DNA of 32,000 nt from Promethearchaeota archaeon (GCA_048938295.1 JBHLMI010000013.1:1-32000); one strand, 5' to 3'; shown: positions 16,972 to 26,871, counted from the first letter of the stretch. Numbers and translations: made by a program. Notes: generated by a model not told the origin, from the sequence alone.

Positions 16972-18726
16972 ATGGCGCACTCAAACGAAGTCTCCGTATT
17001 AATTGGCGGCGAAGCTGGTGCAGGCATCTCAGCTGCTGGAGTTTCTCTTGGCAAAGTGTTCATGCGTGGTGGACTCCACGTGTTTGGCACAATTGATTAC
17101 CCCTCGTTGATTCGTGGCGGTCATAACTTTTACATGGTTCGGGCAAGTCAGCACCCAGTGTTTAGCCAATGGGATAGGCACGATCTAATCATCGCATTGG
17201 ACGCCAACTCAATTCACCGGCATTGGGAGACTCTCAAACCTGGTGGAGGGATCATCTACGACGCTGATGAAATTCCCTCGGATAGTCCCGATCTTCCCAA
17301 AGAAGTGGAACACCTATTTCCGGTGCCCCTTGAGACTATTGCGAAAGACGTAGAGGGTCGTACCGTTGTCCGTAACACAGTGGCTCTGGGGGCAACCCTT
17401 GGTTTATTGGGCTACAATATTGAAATCCTTGAAGAAATCTTGAAGGAATTCTTCGCGGATAAAGGCGACAAGGTTGTTGCCATGAACGTGAATGCTGCTC
17501 GTGCAGGATATGATTATGTTCGAGAGCAGTATCCCAAGAAGCAGATCAAGCACTTCGAACCAGAAAAAGGGGTGCAAAAAGATCATATTTTGATAACAGG
17601 TAATGAGGCTGTGGCGATGGGGGCCATCGCAGCGGGATGCAAATTTTATGCAGCCTATCCAATGACACCGGCATCTCCTGTGCTCCACTTTCTCATTGCC
17701 AATGCAGAACGGTTCGGGATGGTGGTTATTCAACCTGAGAGCGAAATAGCCGCCATCAACATGGCCATCGGCGCATCTTATGCGGGCGCCCGTGCCATGA
17801 CCGGCACATCAGGCGGTGGATTTTGCCTAATGAACGAAGCGTTAAGCATGGCTGCGATGACAGAAACACCACTCGTGATAATGCTAGCCCAACGAACAGG
17901 ACCAAGTACCGGTTTACCAACCTATACTGGTCAAAGCGATCTGCGATTTGCGATTCACGCAGCTCATGGTGAATTTCCACGAGTGGTCATCGCTCCTGGA
18001 GATGTGACTGAATGCTTTGAATTCACCATTGATGCGTTCAACCTTGCTGATGAATTCCAAATACCTGTCATTCTCCTAACCGACAAGCACCTCATTGAAA
18101 GCCATGCATCCACTCCTCCATTCGCTATTGCTGATGTGGAGATTAATCGAGGAAAGCTCCTTCCCATGTCACCTTATCCAGACAAGGAGCCATACCTTCG
18201 CCATAAGTATACACCAGATGGTATCTCCCCACGCCTTATTCCAGGAACGCCCGGGGCTCTAACGCATAGCGATTCCGCTGTCCACAAGGAAATCGGGTTT
18301 CAAGGCGACGACTGCGCCATTGCAACGAGAATGGCAGATAAACGCTTTCTGAAAGTACCCAAGCTACTCAAGCGAATCGAAGAAAAACACCCCGTTAGGA
18401 TTCATGGACCAAAGAAAGCAGATGTCACTCTTATTGGATGGGGATCTACTAAGGGAGTTGCACTAGAAGTCCTAGGCCTCCTTGAACAGGATAACATCAG
18501 AGCTAATTTCGTACAAGTCGTCTATCTGACACCATTCCCCGTTGAACAGATCCGATCAGCGGTTACTGGGCAGAACCCAATTCTCATCGAAGAGAACCAA
18601 ACTGCCCAACTCGGAACACTCATCAAAGAACACACTGGCTTCGAAATCACCAAGAAAATTCTTCGATATGATGGCCGGGCATTCAATCCTCTTCAACTCA
18701 CCCGGCGAATCAAGGAGCTCATCTAA
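16972..18726 (+). CDS. korA: 2-oxoacid:ferredoxin oxidoreductase alpha subunit (fused gamma+alpha)
   Basis: GGEAGAG, SLIRGGHN, GNEAVAMG, YPMTPAS, ESEIAA, TSGGGFCLM, QRTGPSTGLPT. AGGAGTGA RBS before ATG 16972. Substrate not determined. Confidence 0.92.
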   Translation: MAHSNEVSVLIGGEAGAGISAAGVSLGKVFMRGGLHVFGTIDYPSLIRGGHNFYMVRASQHPVFSQWDRHDLIIALDANSIHRHWETLKPGGGIIYDADEIPSDSPDLPKEVEHLFPVPLETIAKDVEGRTVVRNTVALGATLGLLGYNIEILEEILKEFFADKGDKVVAMNVNAARAGYDYVREQYPKKQIKHFEPEKGVQKDHILITGNEAVAMGAIAAGCKFYAAYPMTPASPVLHFLIANAERFGMVVIQPESEIAAINMAIGASYAGARAMTGTSGGGFCLMNEALSMAAMTETPLVIMLAQRTGPSTGLPTYTGQSDLRFAIHAAHGEFPRVVIAPGDVTECFEFTIDAFNLADEFQIPVILLTDKHLIESHASTPPFAIADVEINRGKLLPMSPYPDKEPYLRHKYTPDGISPRLIPGTPGALTHSDSAVHKEIGFQGDDCAIATRMADKRFLKVPKLLKRIEEKHPVRIHGPKKADVTLIGWGSTKGVALEVLGLLEQDNIRANFVQVVYLTPFPVEQIRSAVTGQNPILIEENQTAQLGTLIKEHTGFEITKKILRYDGRAFNPLQLTRRIKELI

Positions 18727-18755
18727 TGCATTGGAGTAAATGAAAGGAGAGAAGA

Positions 18756-19622
18756 ATGATGGAAAAACCAACCCGTGAATCAATCAAAACCCAAGAACCC
18801 AACACCTGGTGCCCTGGATGTGGCAATTTCGCTGTTCTCCGCGCCTTACAAAGTGCCCTCATCGATTTAGAGATACCCCGCGAACAGGTCATGCTCGTCA
18901 CAGGGATTGGCTGCCATGGGAAAATTTACAATTACGTTAACGTTAACGGCTTTCATGGTATCCATGGCCGTGTTCTCCCGTTCATGACGGGGATAAAGTT
19001 GGCAAACCATGATCTCACCGTTATTGGTCATGCAGGTGATGGAGACCAATTCGATGAAGGTCTTGGACATTTCCCGCACGCTGCACGTCGCAACATCGAT
19101 GTCAAATTATTCACACATGATAACAAGGTTTATGGTCTTACAACCGGACAAACATCACCGACTAGTACCCAAGGGTATGTTAGCAAAACCACACCTAAAG
19201 GCGCATTTCCGCCACGCATAGAACCCCTCAAAATCGCCTTAGCTAGTAACGCTAGCTTCGTGGCTCGAGGTTCAGTGACGGACCTTGACCACCTCAAGGA
19301 GCTCATGAAAGCCGCCATCCAGCACATGGGATTCGCACTCGTTGATATACTCCAAGTCTGCTACACTTTCAACAAGGTTCAAACCTTCAAGTATTACCGT
19401 GAGCGAGTGTACAAACTGAGTGATGCAGGACATGACACCACCGATTGGTACGCTGCGATGCATCGCGCAGAAGAATGGGGTGACAAGATACCCATAGGCA
19501 TCTTTTACCAAGAAGACCGGCCAGTGTATCGAAGCTCCATGCCACAACTCGAGAAGACACCACTTATCAAACAGCCCTTTAAAACCAAAGACTTCACTGA
19601 ATTGTTCAAAGAACTAGCTTAG
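18756..19622 (+). CDS. korB: 2-oxoacid:ferredoxin oxidoreductase beta subunit
   Basis: WCPGCGNF, GIGCHG, HGRVLP, GDGD TPP motif, DNKVYGLTTGQTSPT, ILQVC. Confidence 0.93.
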   Translation: MMEKPTRESIKTQEPNTWCPGCGNFAVLRALQSALIDLEIPREQVMLVTGIGCHGKIYNYVNVNGFHGIHGRVLPFMTGIKLANHDLTVIGHAGDGDQFDEGLGHFPHAARRNIDVKLFTHDNKVYGLTTGQTSPTSTQGYVSKTTPKGAFPPRIEPLKIALASNASFVARGSVTDLDHLKELMKAAIQHMGFALVDILQVCYTFNKVQTFKYYRERVYKLSDAGHDTTDWYAAMHRAEEWGDKIPIGIFYQEDRPVYRSSMPQLEKTPLIKQPFKTKDFTELFKELA

Positions 19623-19760
19623 TGGTGTAAAATTCAAGAATCTCTGCGATTAAGTAGATTACACTTAGTTTTGTGAAGCTTTGGGTGTTAATGAGAATAA
19701 ATGCCTATAGGAAATAAACACGCCAAGGAATATTGTACCAACGATGCTCAACACTAACCC

Positions 19761-19805
19761 AGTGCAGCAACCTCCAAATTAATAGCTGCACTCGGTAGCT
19801 TTTTT
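19761..19805 (+). terminator. Possible terminator downstream of korB
   Basis: AGTGCAGC/GCTGCACT 8-bp inverted repeat followed by a T6 run. Confidence 0.3.
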
Positions 19806-19890
19806 ACAGCAAAAAGTTGTCTTGTAGAATCAGTAGTCTACGTAACAAAAACCTTAATCCTTTATAATGCGGAAAAGTTGAGGAATTCTG

Positions 19891-20793
19891 ATGGATTTGC
19901 AGCTCTGTCACCGTCTTATCAGAACCTGCTGTCCCCAACTGAAAATTAACCACATTCAAGCGAATGATGAGGGATGGGTGTATTTCGTGGCAGAGATCAA
20001 CGGCGAATACATATTCCGGTTCCCCCGTCACCCTGATGCACAAAAATGGCTTGAAATTGAAATAGAGATTTTACCCATGCTAAGAGGCAATGTTTCATTA
20101 GCTGTTCCCCAATTCGACTATATTTGTAGAAACAATCCAGATTTTCCTTGGACATTCGTCGGATATCCGAAGATAGCGGGAGTACCCATGACCAAATCTC
20201 TCCTAACCCCCTCAACTTGGGAATCATCAGCCAAGCAACTTGGTGAATTTCTATCACAACTGCATAACTATCCCCTAAAATCGGTTAAACAGGTACAGGT
20301 TCCCTATTTCACCGCCTTACAATGGAGAAATCTCTACAAAACCTTCTACCAAGAAATCAAAGCAGAAGCGTTTTCTGTGCTAGATTTGGAACTTCAAACA
20401 CAACTTACGACAAGGTTCGAAACCTTCCTCCAAGATGAGAGAAATTTCCACTTCAAGTCAACCCTGATTCACCGAGACTTATGCGAAGACCACATCCTTT
20501 GGGATCAGCAAAGCGAGCGTATCACTGGAATCATTGACTGGAATGATGTGAGCGTTGGAGACCCAGCCTACGATTTCAGTGGACTTCTTACGCATTATGG
20601 CGAAGCCTTCATCCAACATATAATGGACCATTATCAAGGCCCCACAGATAATTCCACAATAAATCGAATCCGCTTCTATTCACAAACTAGCTGGTGCTAT
20701 TGTATTCTCCACGCACTCAGAGTCAAAGACCATCAACTGCTGCAAGAATCAGTGCAAAGCTTAGAGAAGATGCTATTGCATATGCAGAAATAA
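19891..20793 (+). CDS. Aminoglycoside phosphotransferase (APH/kinase-like) family protein
   Basis: YIFRFPR, EIEIL, LIHRDLCEDHIL (HxDxxxxH), GIIDWND, GDPAYDF. Confidence 0.9.
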   Translation: MDLQLCHRLIRTCCPQLKINHIQANDEGWVYFVAEINGEYIFRFPRHPDAQKWLEIEIEILPMLRGNVSLAVPQFDYICRNNPDFPWTFVGYPKIAGVPMTKSLLTPSTWESSAKQLGEFLSQLHNYPLKSVKQVQVPYFTALQWRNLYKTFYQEIKAEAFSVLDLELQTQLTTRFETFLQDERNFHFKSTLIHRDLCEDHILWDQQSERITGIIDWNDVSVGDPAYDFSGLLTHYGEAFIQHIMDHYQGPTDNSTINRIRFYSQTSWCYCILHALRVKDHQLLQESVQSLEKMLLHMQK

Positions 20794-20819
20794 AAAAGGA
20801 AGAAGCCCACCTGACACAG

Positions 20820-21257
20820 TTAGGCAGGCTTGATGAAGTAGGCCAAATTCCCATTATCTAGTTCCTGGGGAACCACTTTGACTTTCATACCTACCTTGGG
20901 CTTACTCGTCAACCCCTTCAAATGCGCCGCAAGTTTTAATCCATCTTCAAACTCGATGACGCCGAGAGGATACGGGACATTCACCTGTTTCGCGATACCA
21001 TCTGGGGCAAAGTGTACAATCGACCAAGTATACAATGTACCTTCAGGTTTCTCCTCAAACCACTCCAAGTCCTCTCCACCACAGGGGCAGGTAAACCGGG
21101 GTGGCATGAACTTCTTCCCACATGATTTACACTTGGTCGACAAGAGCTTACCTTCTTCAAGGCCAGCAATGAATTTCCTAAATTCTGCTGTCATACGCTG
21201 TTTATTCTTTACATCTGAGGACAGCTCGACGACAAAACCCATTTCATGTTCACTCAT
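20820..21257 (-). CDS. DUF35 (Zn-ribbon/OB-fold) thiolase partner
   Basis: CKSCGKKFMPPRFTCPCG, GTLYTWSIVH, PYPLGVIEFEDG, VGMKVKV. Directly downstream of the thiolase. Confidence 0.92.
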   Translation of the reverse strand: MSEHEMGFVVELSSDVKNKQRMTAEFRKFIAGLEEGKLLSTKCKSCGKKFMPPRFTCPCGGEDLEWFEEKPEGTLYTWSIVHFAPDGIAKQVNVPYPLGVIEFEDGLKLAAHLKGLTSKPKVGMKVKVVPQELDNGNLAYFIKPA

Positions 21258-21268
21258 CGTATGTCACC

Positions 21269-22480
21269 TTACTTCTCCAAAACGAACACATTCACGAACT
21301 GACCATGTTGACCCACATTATGGGTCAAGGCGATTTCGGCATCAGGAACTTGTCGGGGTTTCTCAACCATGTCGAAGACTTGCTTGTAGGCGTCGACGAC
21401 TTGGCCAATGCCAGTGGCTCCGAGTGGATGGCCCTTGGATTTGAGGCCGCCGTCCACGTTGGTGGGGATGCCGGGCCCATCGATGTAAGCGCCGCGTTCT
21501 TCAGACCATTCGCCGCCTTTTCCGCGTTCGCAGAAACCTAGGTCTTCGTAGGCCATGATTTCGGCGATGCTAAAGCAGTCATGGACATAGGCGACATCGA
21601 TGTCCTTGGCGGTTCGGCCACTTTGTTTGTAGGCCATGTCGCCAGCTCGCTTGCTGCCTTCGAGATTAAGCAGGTTGGGTCGGTCAGTGACACGGAAGGT
21701 ATCGGAAGAGGTACCAACGCCGGTGATCCAGAGAGGTTCGCTAGACATCTCCTTCGCTTTTTCTTCGTTAGCCAAGATGACGGTTGCGGAGCCATCGCTG
21801 ATGAGACAGCAGTCATACAACCGTAGAGGCAGAGCGATGGGAAGGGACTCACTCGCGTCTTCGATCGTAATTTGTCGACGCAGTTGAGCGTTCTTGTTAT
21901 AGTATCCATAATAATGGCTTTTCACGGAGACCGATGACAGCTGCTCACGAGAGAGACCATCCACAGCCATCTTCCGGGCTGCATACAATGAGTAAAACGT
22001 CGGAAAGCTGATTCCGTAGATGTACTCCCAGCGATGATCACCTGCTACTGACATGAGTTCAGTAGCATATGCACTGGATAGCCAAGTCATCGTTTCCACG
22101 CCGATGGCTGCCATGACATCGAATTGCCCAGAGGCGATTTGTGCCCAGGCCGTTCGGATGGCGGTGGAGCCGGTGGCGCAGGCGGTTTCTACGCGCATGG
22201 TGGGTTTGCCGATGATGCCGACTTCGTCGGCGACGAGGGCGGCTGCGGCGCCTTGGCCAGCAAAGGCTTCGGCGGCGATACCGACGACACTGGCCTCAAT
22301 ATCTTTGTTGGTGATGCCAGCGTGCTTGAGGGCGGGGAAATAAGATTCGTGGGCGAGTTCCCGGAGGGTGACTGCGGGGTAGGTTGCTTTCTCGCCTTCA
22401 ATGTCTTCTTCGATAACTTTGCCGCGTTTGCCGTATTTGCTGTGGCCGATGCCCACAATGGCGACTTTTGGTATTGTCAC
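21269..22480 (-). CDS. Thiolase (archaeal/SCP2-type acetyl-CoA acetyltransferase)
   Basis: VETACATG catalytic Cys, VHDCF, NVDGGLKSKGHPLGATG, THNVG. Confidence 0.93.
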   Translation of the reverse strand: MTIPKVAIVGIGHSKYGKRGKVIEEDIEGEKATYPAVTLRELAHESYFPALKHAGITNKDIEASVVGIAAEAFAGQGAAAALVADEVGIIGKPTMRVETACATGSTAIRTAWAQIASGQFDVMAAIGVETMTWLSSAYATELMSVAGDHRWEYIYGISFPTFYSLYAARKMAVDGLSREQLSSVSVKSHYYGYYNKNAQLRRQITIEDASESLPIALPLRLYDCCLISDGSATVILANEEKAKEMSSEPLWITGVGTSSDTFRVTDRPNLLNLEGSKRAGDMAYKQSGRTAKDIDVAYVHDCFSIAEIMAYEDLGFCERGKGGEWSEERGAYIDGPGIPTNVDGGLKSKGHPLGATGIGQVVDAYKQVFDMVEKPRQVPDAEIALTHNVGQHGQFVNVFVLEK

Positions 22481-22694
22481 TTATATTCCACCTATTTTGG
22501 GGCTAGACTTATTCTGTCTATAGCAAGTTAACGCTAATAGAATCTTTTGCATTATTGAAGATTACTGGTGTTCGAAGACTGCCTTAGGTAGGCAATTTAC
22601 CTAATTTATGCTCTTAATACTACGATTCTATCGCGAGAACCGCAAATAGAATCTCTTTGTCCGAGTAGTTGGACGCAATGAAGAGGGATCAGGG

Positions 22695-23522
22695 CTATTT
22701 CCCTTTGAATTTAGGTTTGCTTTTCTGGAAGATAGCAGTTACGCCAATTCCAAAGTCTTCGCTTGCTGTGGTTTCGAGAAGAGCTTCTAATTCTTCCTTA
22801 TTGCCCTCCTCGAGGGTCACATCGTAGGACATGTTGATAGTTTTCTTTGCGAGACGGACGGCGATAGGGGCTGCATCTGCGGTTTGTTGAGCCATGAATA
22901 ATGCTTCTGAGTGGAGTTCATCGGAGGGGGCGATTTTGTTGACGAGACCGATTTCTAAGGCTTCATCAGCGGGGATTTGGCGACCGGTGAGGATGATTTC
23001 CTTTGCGCGACCTATGCCCACAAGTCGGGGTAATCGTTGTGTTCCACCCCATCCGGGAATTAGGCCAACGTTGACTACTTCGGTAACCCATAATTTTGCA
23101 TCTTTGGCGGCCACGCGAAGATCGCAGGCCATAGCCATTTCGAGGCCACCACCGATGACGAGGGCGTTGAGTTCAGCGATGACGGGTTTGGGAAAGTTTT
23201 CGATGCGACGATAGAGGGCTTGACCGTCTTCTAAGAATTTTCGTCCGGCTTTAGGATCAGAAGCCAAGGATGCTGCGGCTTTCAGGTCAGCTCCTGAGGA
23301 GAAGACTTTTTCAGAAGCGGATCGGATGATAACGGCTCGGACTTTATCGTCTTTTTCGATTTTATCGAGGAGCTCTGTAAATTCTTCGACCATTTTGGGG
23401 TTGATGCCGTTGAGGGCATCGGGTCGGTTGAGGGTGATGACACCAATGTTTTCTTCATCAGCGAGGAAATGCCCTTCAATTTCGTACTTGAGAGTTTCCA
23501 TGTCGTTTTCCTCCATGTTCAA
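22695..23522 (-). CDS. crt: Enoyl-CoA hydratase (crotonase)
   Basis: ITLNRPDALN, FSSGADLK, GGGLEMAMACD, GLIPGWGGTQRLPRLVG. Confidence 0.92.
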   Translation of the reverse strand: MNMEENDMETLKYEIEGHFLADEENIGVITLNRPDALNGINPKMVEEFTELLDKIEKDDKVRAVIIRSASEKVFSSGADLKAAASLASDPKAGRKFLEDGQALYRRIENFPKPVIAELNALVIGGGLEMAMACDLRVAAKDAKLWVTEVVNVGLIPGWGGTQRLPRLVGIGRAKEIILTGRQIPADEALEIGLVNKIAPSDELHSEALFMAQQTADAAPIAVRLAKKTINMSYDVTLEEGNKEELEALLETTASEDFGIGVTAIFQKSKPKFKGK

Positions 23523-23528
23523 GGATTT

Positions 23529-24383
23529 CTATTCGGTGTATTCGAAGAAACCTTTACCGGTTTTCATTCCGAGTTCGCCTTTTTCCACCTTTTCCAACAA
23601 CAACTTTGGAGTTTGATAGCAATCACCGAGTCCTTGGTGCAAGGTTTTGGCAGTGGCGGCAGCAATGTCTAATCCAACAAAGTCAGCTAAGGTCAGTGGT
23701 CCCACGGGATGATTTGCGCCTAAAGTCATGGCGGTATCAATGTCACGTCCTGTGGCTAATCCTTCTTGAAGGATTTTAATCGCTTCACCCATTAGGGCGC
23801 CTAGAATCCGGTTGACAATGAAGCCTGGTGAATCTTTCACTTTCACCGGGGTTTTATCAAGTCGCTTAGCAAATTCGATTGCAGTTTCGATCGTGTCATC
23901 AGATGATTTTTCACCCAATACAATCTCGACTAGCTTCATAGTGTAGACGGGATTGAAAAAGTGGGTGCCAATGACCTTCTCTGGTCGTTTGGTGGCTGTT
24001 GCGATTTCGGTGACGCTGAGGGAGGAGGTGTTGGTGGCGAGAATGGCGTCAGGTCTTGTGTATTCGTCGAGTTTTGCGAAGAGTTCTTTTTTAACCTCCA
24101 TGTTTTCGAAAATGGCTTCTACGACCATGTCAACGCCTTGGACGGTTTCCTTGAGGTCGAGGTGGGGTTTAATGCCTTCGATAATGGCTTTAGCTTCTTT
24201 GAGATCCAGTTTTTTACGTTCAACGCCGGTTTTGACCATCTCTTTGATTTTGCTAATGCCTTTGTCAATGAATTCCTGTTTGATGTCATTTAGAGTGACT
24301 TCTAAGCCGAATCGAGCAGCTTGATAGGCAATCCCTGTGCCCATCGCGCCGGCACCGATGACGGCGATGCGGTTGATTTCCAA
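23529..24383 (-). CDS. hbd: 3-hydroxyacyl-CoA (3-hydroxybutyryl-CoA) dehydrogenase
   Basis: GAGAMG, EAIFENMEVK, ATNTSSLS, GTHFFNP, PGFIVNR, HPVGPL..DFVGLD. TTG start with an AGGTGA RBS. Confidence 0.93.
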   Translation of the reverse strand: MEINRIAVIGAGAMGTGIAYQAARFGLEVTLNDIKQEFIDKGISKIKEMVKTGVERKKLDLKEAKAIIEGIKPHLDLKETVQGVDMVVEAIFENMEVKKELFAKLDEYTRPDAILATNTSSLSVTEIATATKRPEKVIGTHFFNPVYTMKLVEIVLGEKSSDDTIETAIEFAKRLDKTPVKVKDSPGFIVNRILGALMGEAIKILQEGLATGRDIDTAMTLGANHPVGPLTLADFVGLDIAAATAKTLHQGLGDCYQTPKLLLEKVEKGELGMKTGKGFFEYTE

Positions 24384-24489
24384 TTCTTTTCACCTTAACA
24401 GAATTTGAATTAACGAATGTATAGTAAAGTAGATATGCGGAACTTGAAGGTCCTATTAAAATTCAACTATGAGTCAAAAATAGTGAAGA

Positions 24490-25845
24490 TTAGAGAGTTG
24501 CTTCAGCACGGACTTGGCGGAGTTGCAGTCTGAGTCGAACGAATTTCCGGTCATATTCAGCTTCGCTTATGCTACCGGCGCTGAGTGCTGAGTCAAGTTT
24601 CCTAAGTTCTTCGATGAGGTGGGCTTCATCGCTGCTGACAATCCGTTCAAATGATTCGGTTGGTGCGGGTGGTTGCTGGGAGGCTCCGATGAACTTCAGT
24701 GTTGGTGATGTGAGGAGAGGGCGTTCTACTGGTTCTTCCTGGGGGAAGGTGATTGCGGGTTCAGGCGCAGGTGGTACTTTTCTAACATCATTTTCTCGTT
24801 TGGGTTTGAAGGGTTTACTCGTTTTTGCTGAAGGTCTAGCGAGGAGGAACTCCAATTCGGGGATAAGCGCAGGATTAAGAACATATTTCTTAAGAATTAG
24901 TATACCAGCGTCTTCGGGTTCAGTGATTGTATGACAGGAATGGCATACGAAGATCATTTGGGGATTCTTGAATGATGAGTTGCATTGAGGGCATTGATAG
25001 CCTCGGAAAAACCGAAACTCATGTTCGTCCGCACCGCGTATTCCACACCGATTACAATAGGTCTCCTGATCTTCGCTAAGCTTAACACTGATAGCTCCAC
25101 AACTTAGATGCTCAAAGAGTTCGACGGGTTGGGCGGGTGTTTGACAACTGGGACACAAAATGTGGGGATGAAGATGAAGGGAGTTGCATTTAGGACAGGC
25201 AAGGGAACTGTCGGTGGGTTCGGTGAGGAGGATTCCATAATCGGAGAGGCGATTTAATAATTGCATGGCCTCTTCATCGCCGAGTCCAGTAATAGATGAA
25301 GCGAGAGGATAGGAATAGCCAATTTTGGTCGTAGCTAACTCGGGGATTAGCTCTGCTTCATGCCGCGAAAGTAAAGCTTGAATAAGCGTTTGGGCAGCGG
25401 ACTCACGTAAAATCGCCAGTTCGGATAAGTCTGATGGGGCCTTGCGAGTAGCAAATTTGTCCAGTTCTGAAGTGATAACGCCTAAGAGCCTTCGCTTGAA
25501 TTCGATGGTTACAGCTTTGAAACCGTTGGGTTCCCGATGGTGTTGAGCTAAAATGGGATCAACCTTGTTTTCGATGTTGTCTAATAATTGATCATAACGG
25601 GCTTCGGGGTCTCGAGCTCCGATGGCGATGACTTTGAGGAGGACGCGAGCTCGCCGAATGAGGAGTTTGAAGTTGCCCATGGCAATGGTGTTCAATTTGC
25701 CTCCTGAGGTTTCGGCGGCGAAGTCGTGACTTGCAGCTATGAATCCTGAAAAGAGGTCGGGATTGAAGGAAAATCCCGGAACAGTGATGTGAGAAAGAAG
25801 CAGTCCACTATTTGCATCGATGAGCCAGATGCCGTAGAGTACCAT
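24490..25845 (-). CDS. Longin-like domain + TackOD1 multi-Zn-ribbon + Pro-rich linker + SHOCT-like tail
   Basis: N-terminal GIWLID..SGLLL...DLFSGFIAA..DFA.E (Asgard longin pattern); central GYSYP...CPKC..CPSC..EHLSCG..CNRC..CPQC..CHSC; C-terminal L..G.ISEAEYDRK. Confidence 0.78.
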   Translation of the reverse strand: MVLYGIWLIDANSGLLLSHITVPGFSFNPDLFSGFIAASHDFAAETSGGKLNTIAMGNFKLLIRRARVLLKVIAIGARDPEARYDQLLDNIENKVDPILAQHHREPNGFKAVTIEFKRRLLGVITSELDKFATRKAPSDLSELAILRESAAQTLIQALLSRHEAELIPELATTKIGYSYPLASSITGLGDEEAMQLLNRLSDYGILLTEPTDSSLACPKCNSLHLHPHILCPSCQTPAQPVELFEHLSCGAISVKLSEDQETYCNRCGIRGADEHEFRFFRGYQCPQCNSSFKNPQMIFVCHSCHTITEPEDAGILILKKYVLNPALIPELEFLLARPSAKTSKPFKPKRENDVRKVPPAPEPAITFPQEEPVERPLLTSPTLKFIGASQQPPAPTESFERIVSSDEAHLIEELRKLDSALSAGSISEAEYDRKFVRLRLQLRQVRAEATL

Positions 25846-26035
25846 TTGGACTCACACCTCGTATGTGAAAGGCACCCTGTTCTTCAGAGCATCTTTCAAT
25901 TCCCGCAGATATCCAAAGCCTACATGAAGCCGCATTCAGGACAGGCTTTAGCAAACCAGCCTGTGCCAACTTAGGCATTTAATACTGTTCCCCTGGAAGA
26001 TTTCAAGGCAAAAAAATCGAGTTTCACGTAATCTG

Positions 26036-26848
26036 CTAGATTTGACAATGACGACAAAAATTCGCTACACGCACGCCTGATTTCACGGAGGAGATGGTTG
26101 TCCCGCAAATTGGACAGGATTCGCCTCCCTTACCGTGAATTTGTAAGAAGTCCCGGACCTCAAATTGAAGTGTATCTCCTACACGAGCAGAGATGGTGTT
26201 GATTGCATGGCGCAGTACAGATTGTGTGGCAGAATAGAGCGTCTCGATTTCAGCGTCTGCTAAGCTTGACCGTTTTCGAAAGGGGAGTACCTTAGCTGTG
26301 AAAAGTATTTCGTCAGCGTAAGCGTTGCCAAGTCCAGCGATGAACCGCTGATTCATGAGTACGTGCTTCACTGCGCCATTGAAGGTCTTCAATCGTTGAC
26401 TAAACACTTCCTTCGTTAGGGCAGGATCAATTGCATCGGGCCCTTGCGTGTCGTAGTTGGGAATCAAAGACGTGGGTTCATTTTTTAGAAGGAGATAGAG
26501 TTTCCCCATATTCTTTACATCTAAATAGCGTAAATCCCAACCGGAGTCAAGCCGGAATAGAAATCCCATCTTCTTTTGCTTCAATGTTGTCGGTGGTTGT
26601 AGTTTGAGGCGTCCAGCGAGCATGAAGTCAATGTAGAGCTGGGCTGATGGTTCGAAGTGGAAGATGAGGAATTTACCATACCGGGTGAAGGTTTTGATGG
26701 AGCGACCTTGTAGCGCTTGAGTGAATTGTTCAGCGGTTGGACGACGTAGGAGTATAGGGCTCCCGACTTCTACTTGCTTAATGGTGTGTCCTGTTAGAGT
26801 TCGGTTGAGGACAGCCTCTGCTACTTCAAGGTCGGGCAGCTCTGGCAC
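26036..26848 (-). CDS. mutM: Fpg/Nei family DNA glycosylase/AP lyase
   Basis: N-terminal PELPD, RYGKFL, FMLAG, H2TH AGLGNAYADEIL, C-terminal CPICG...FCRHCQ Zn finger. GTG start. Confidence 0.9.
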   Translation of the reverse strand: MPELPDLEVAEAVLNRTLTGHTIKQVEVGSPILLRRPTAEQFTQALQGRSIKTFTRYGKFLIFHFEPSAQLYIDFMLAGRLKLQPPTTLKQKKMGFLFRLDSGWDLRYLDVKNMGKLYLLLKNEPTSLIPNYDTQGPDAIDPALTKEVFSQRLKTFNGAVKHVLMNQRFIAGLGNAYADEILFTAKVLPFRKRSSLADAEIETLYSATQSVLRHAINTISARVGDTLQFEVRDFLQIHGKGGESCPICGTTISSVKSGVRVANFCRHCQI

Positions 26849-26871
26849 TGTATTCCGCTCGCAGGTTTTCC

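Noticed and set aside
19650-19775. Short hydrophobic minus-strand frame (GLVLSIVGTIFLGVFISYRH...)
   Set aside because: Preceded closely by a stop, with no convincing RBS or start. Too short to support.
20878-22531. Many long alternative-frame ORFs over the thiolase/DUF35 genes
   Set aside because: Shadow ORFs caused by high GC and codon bias; they fully overlap well-supported genes.
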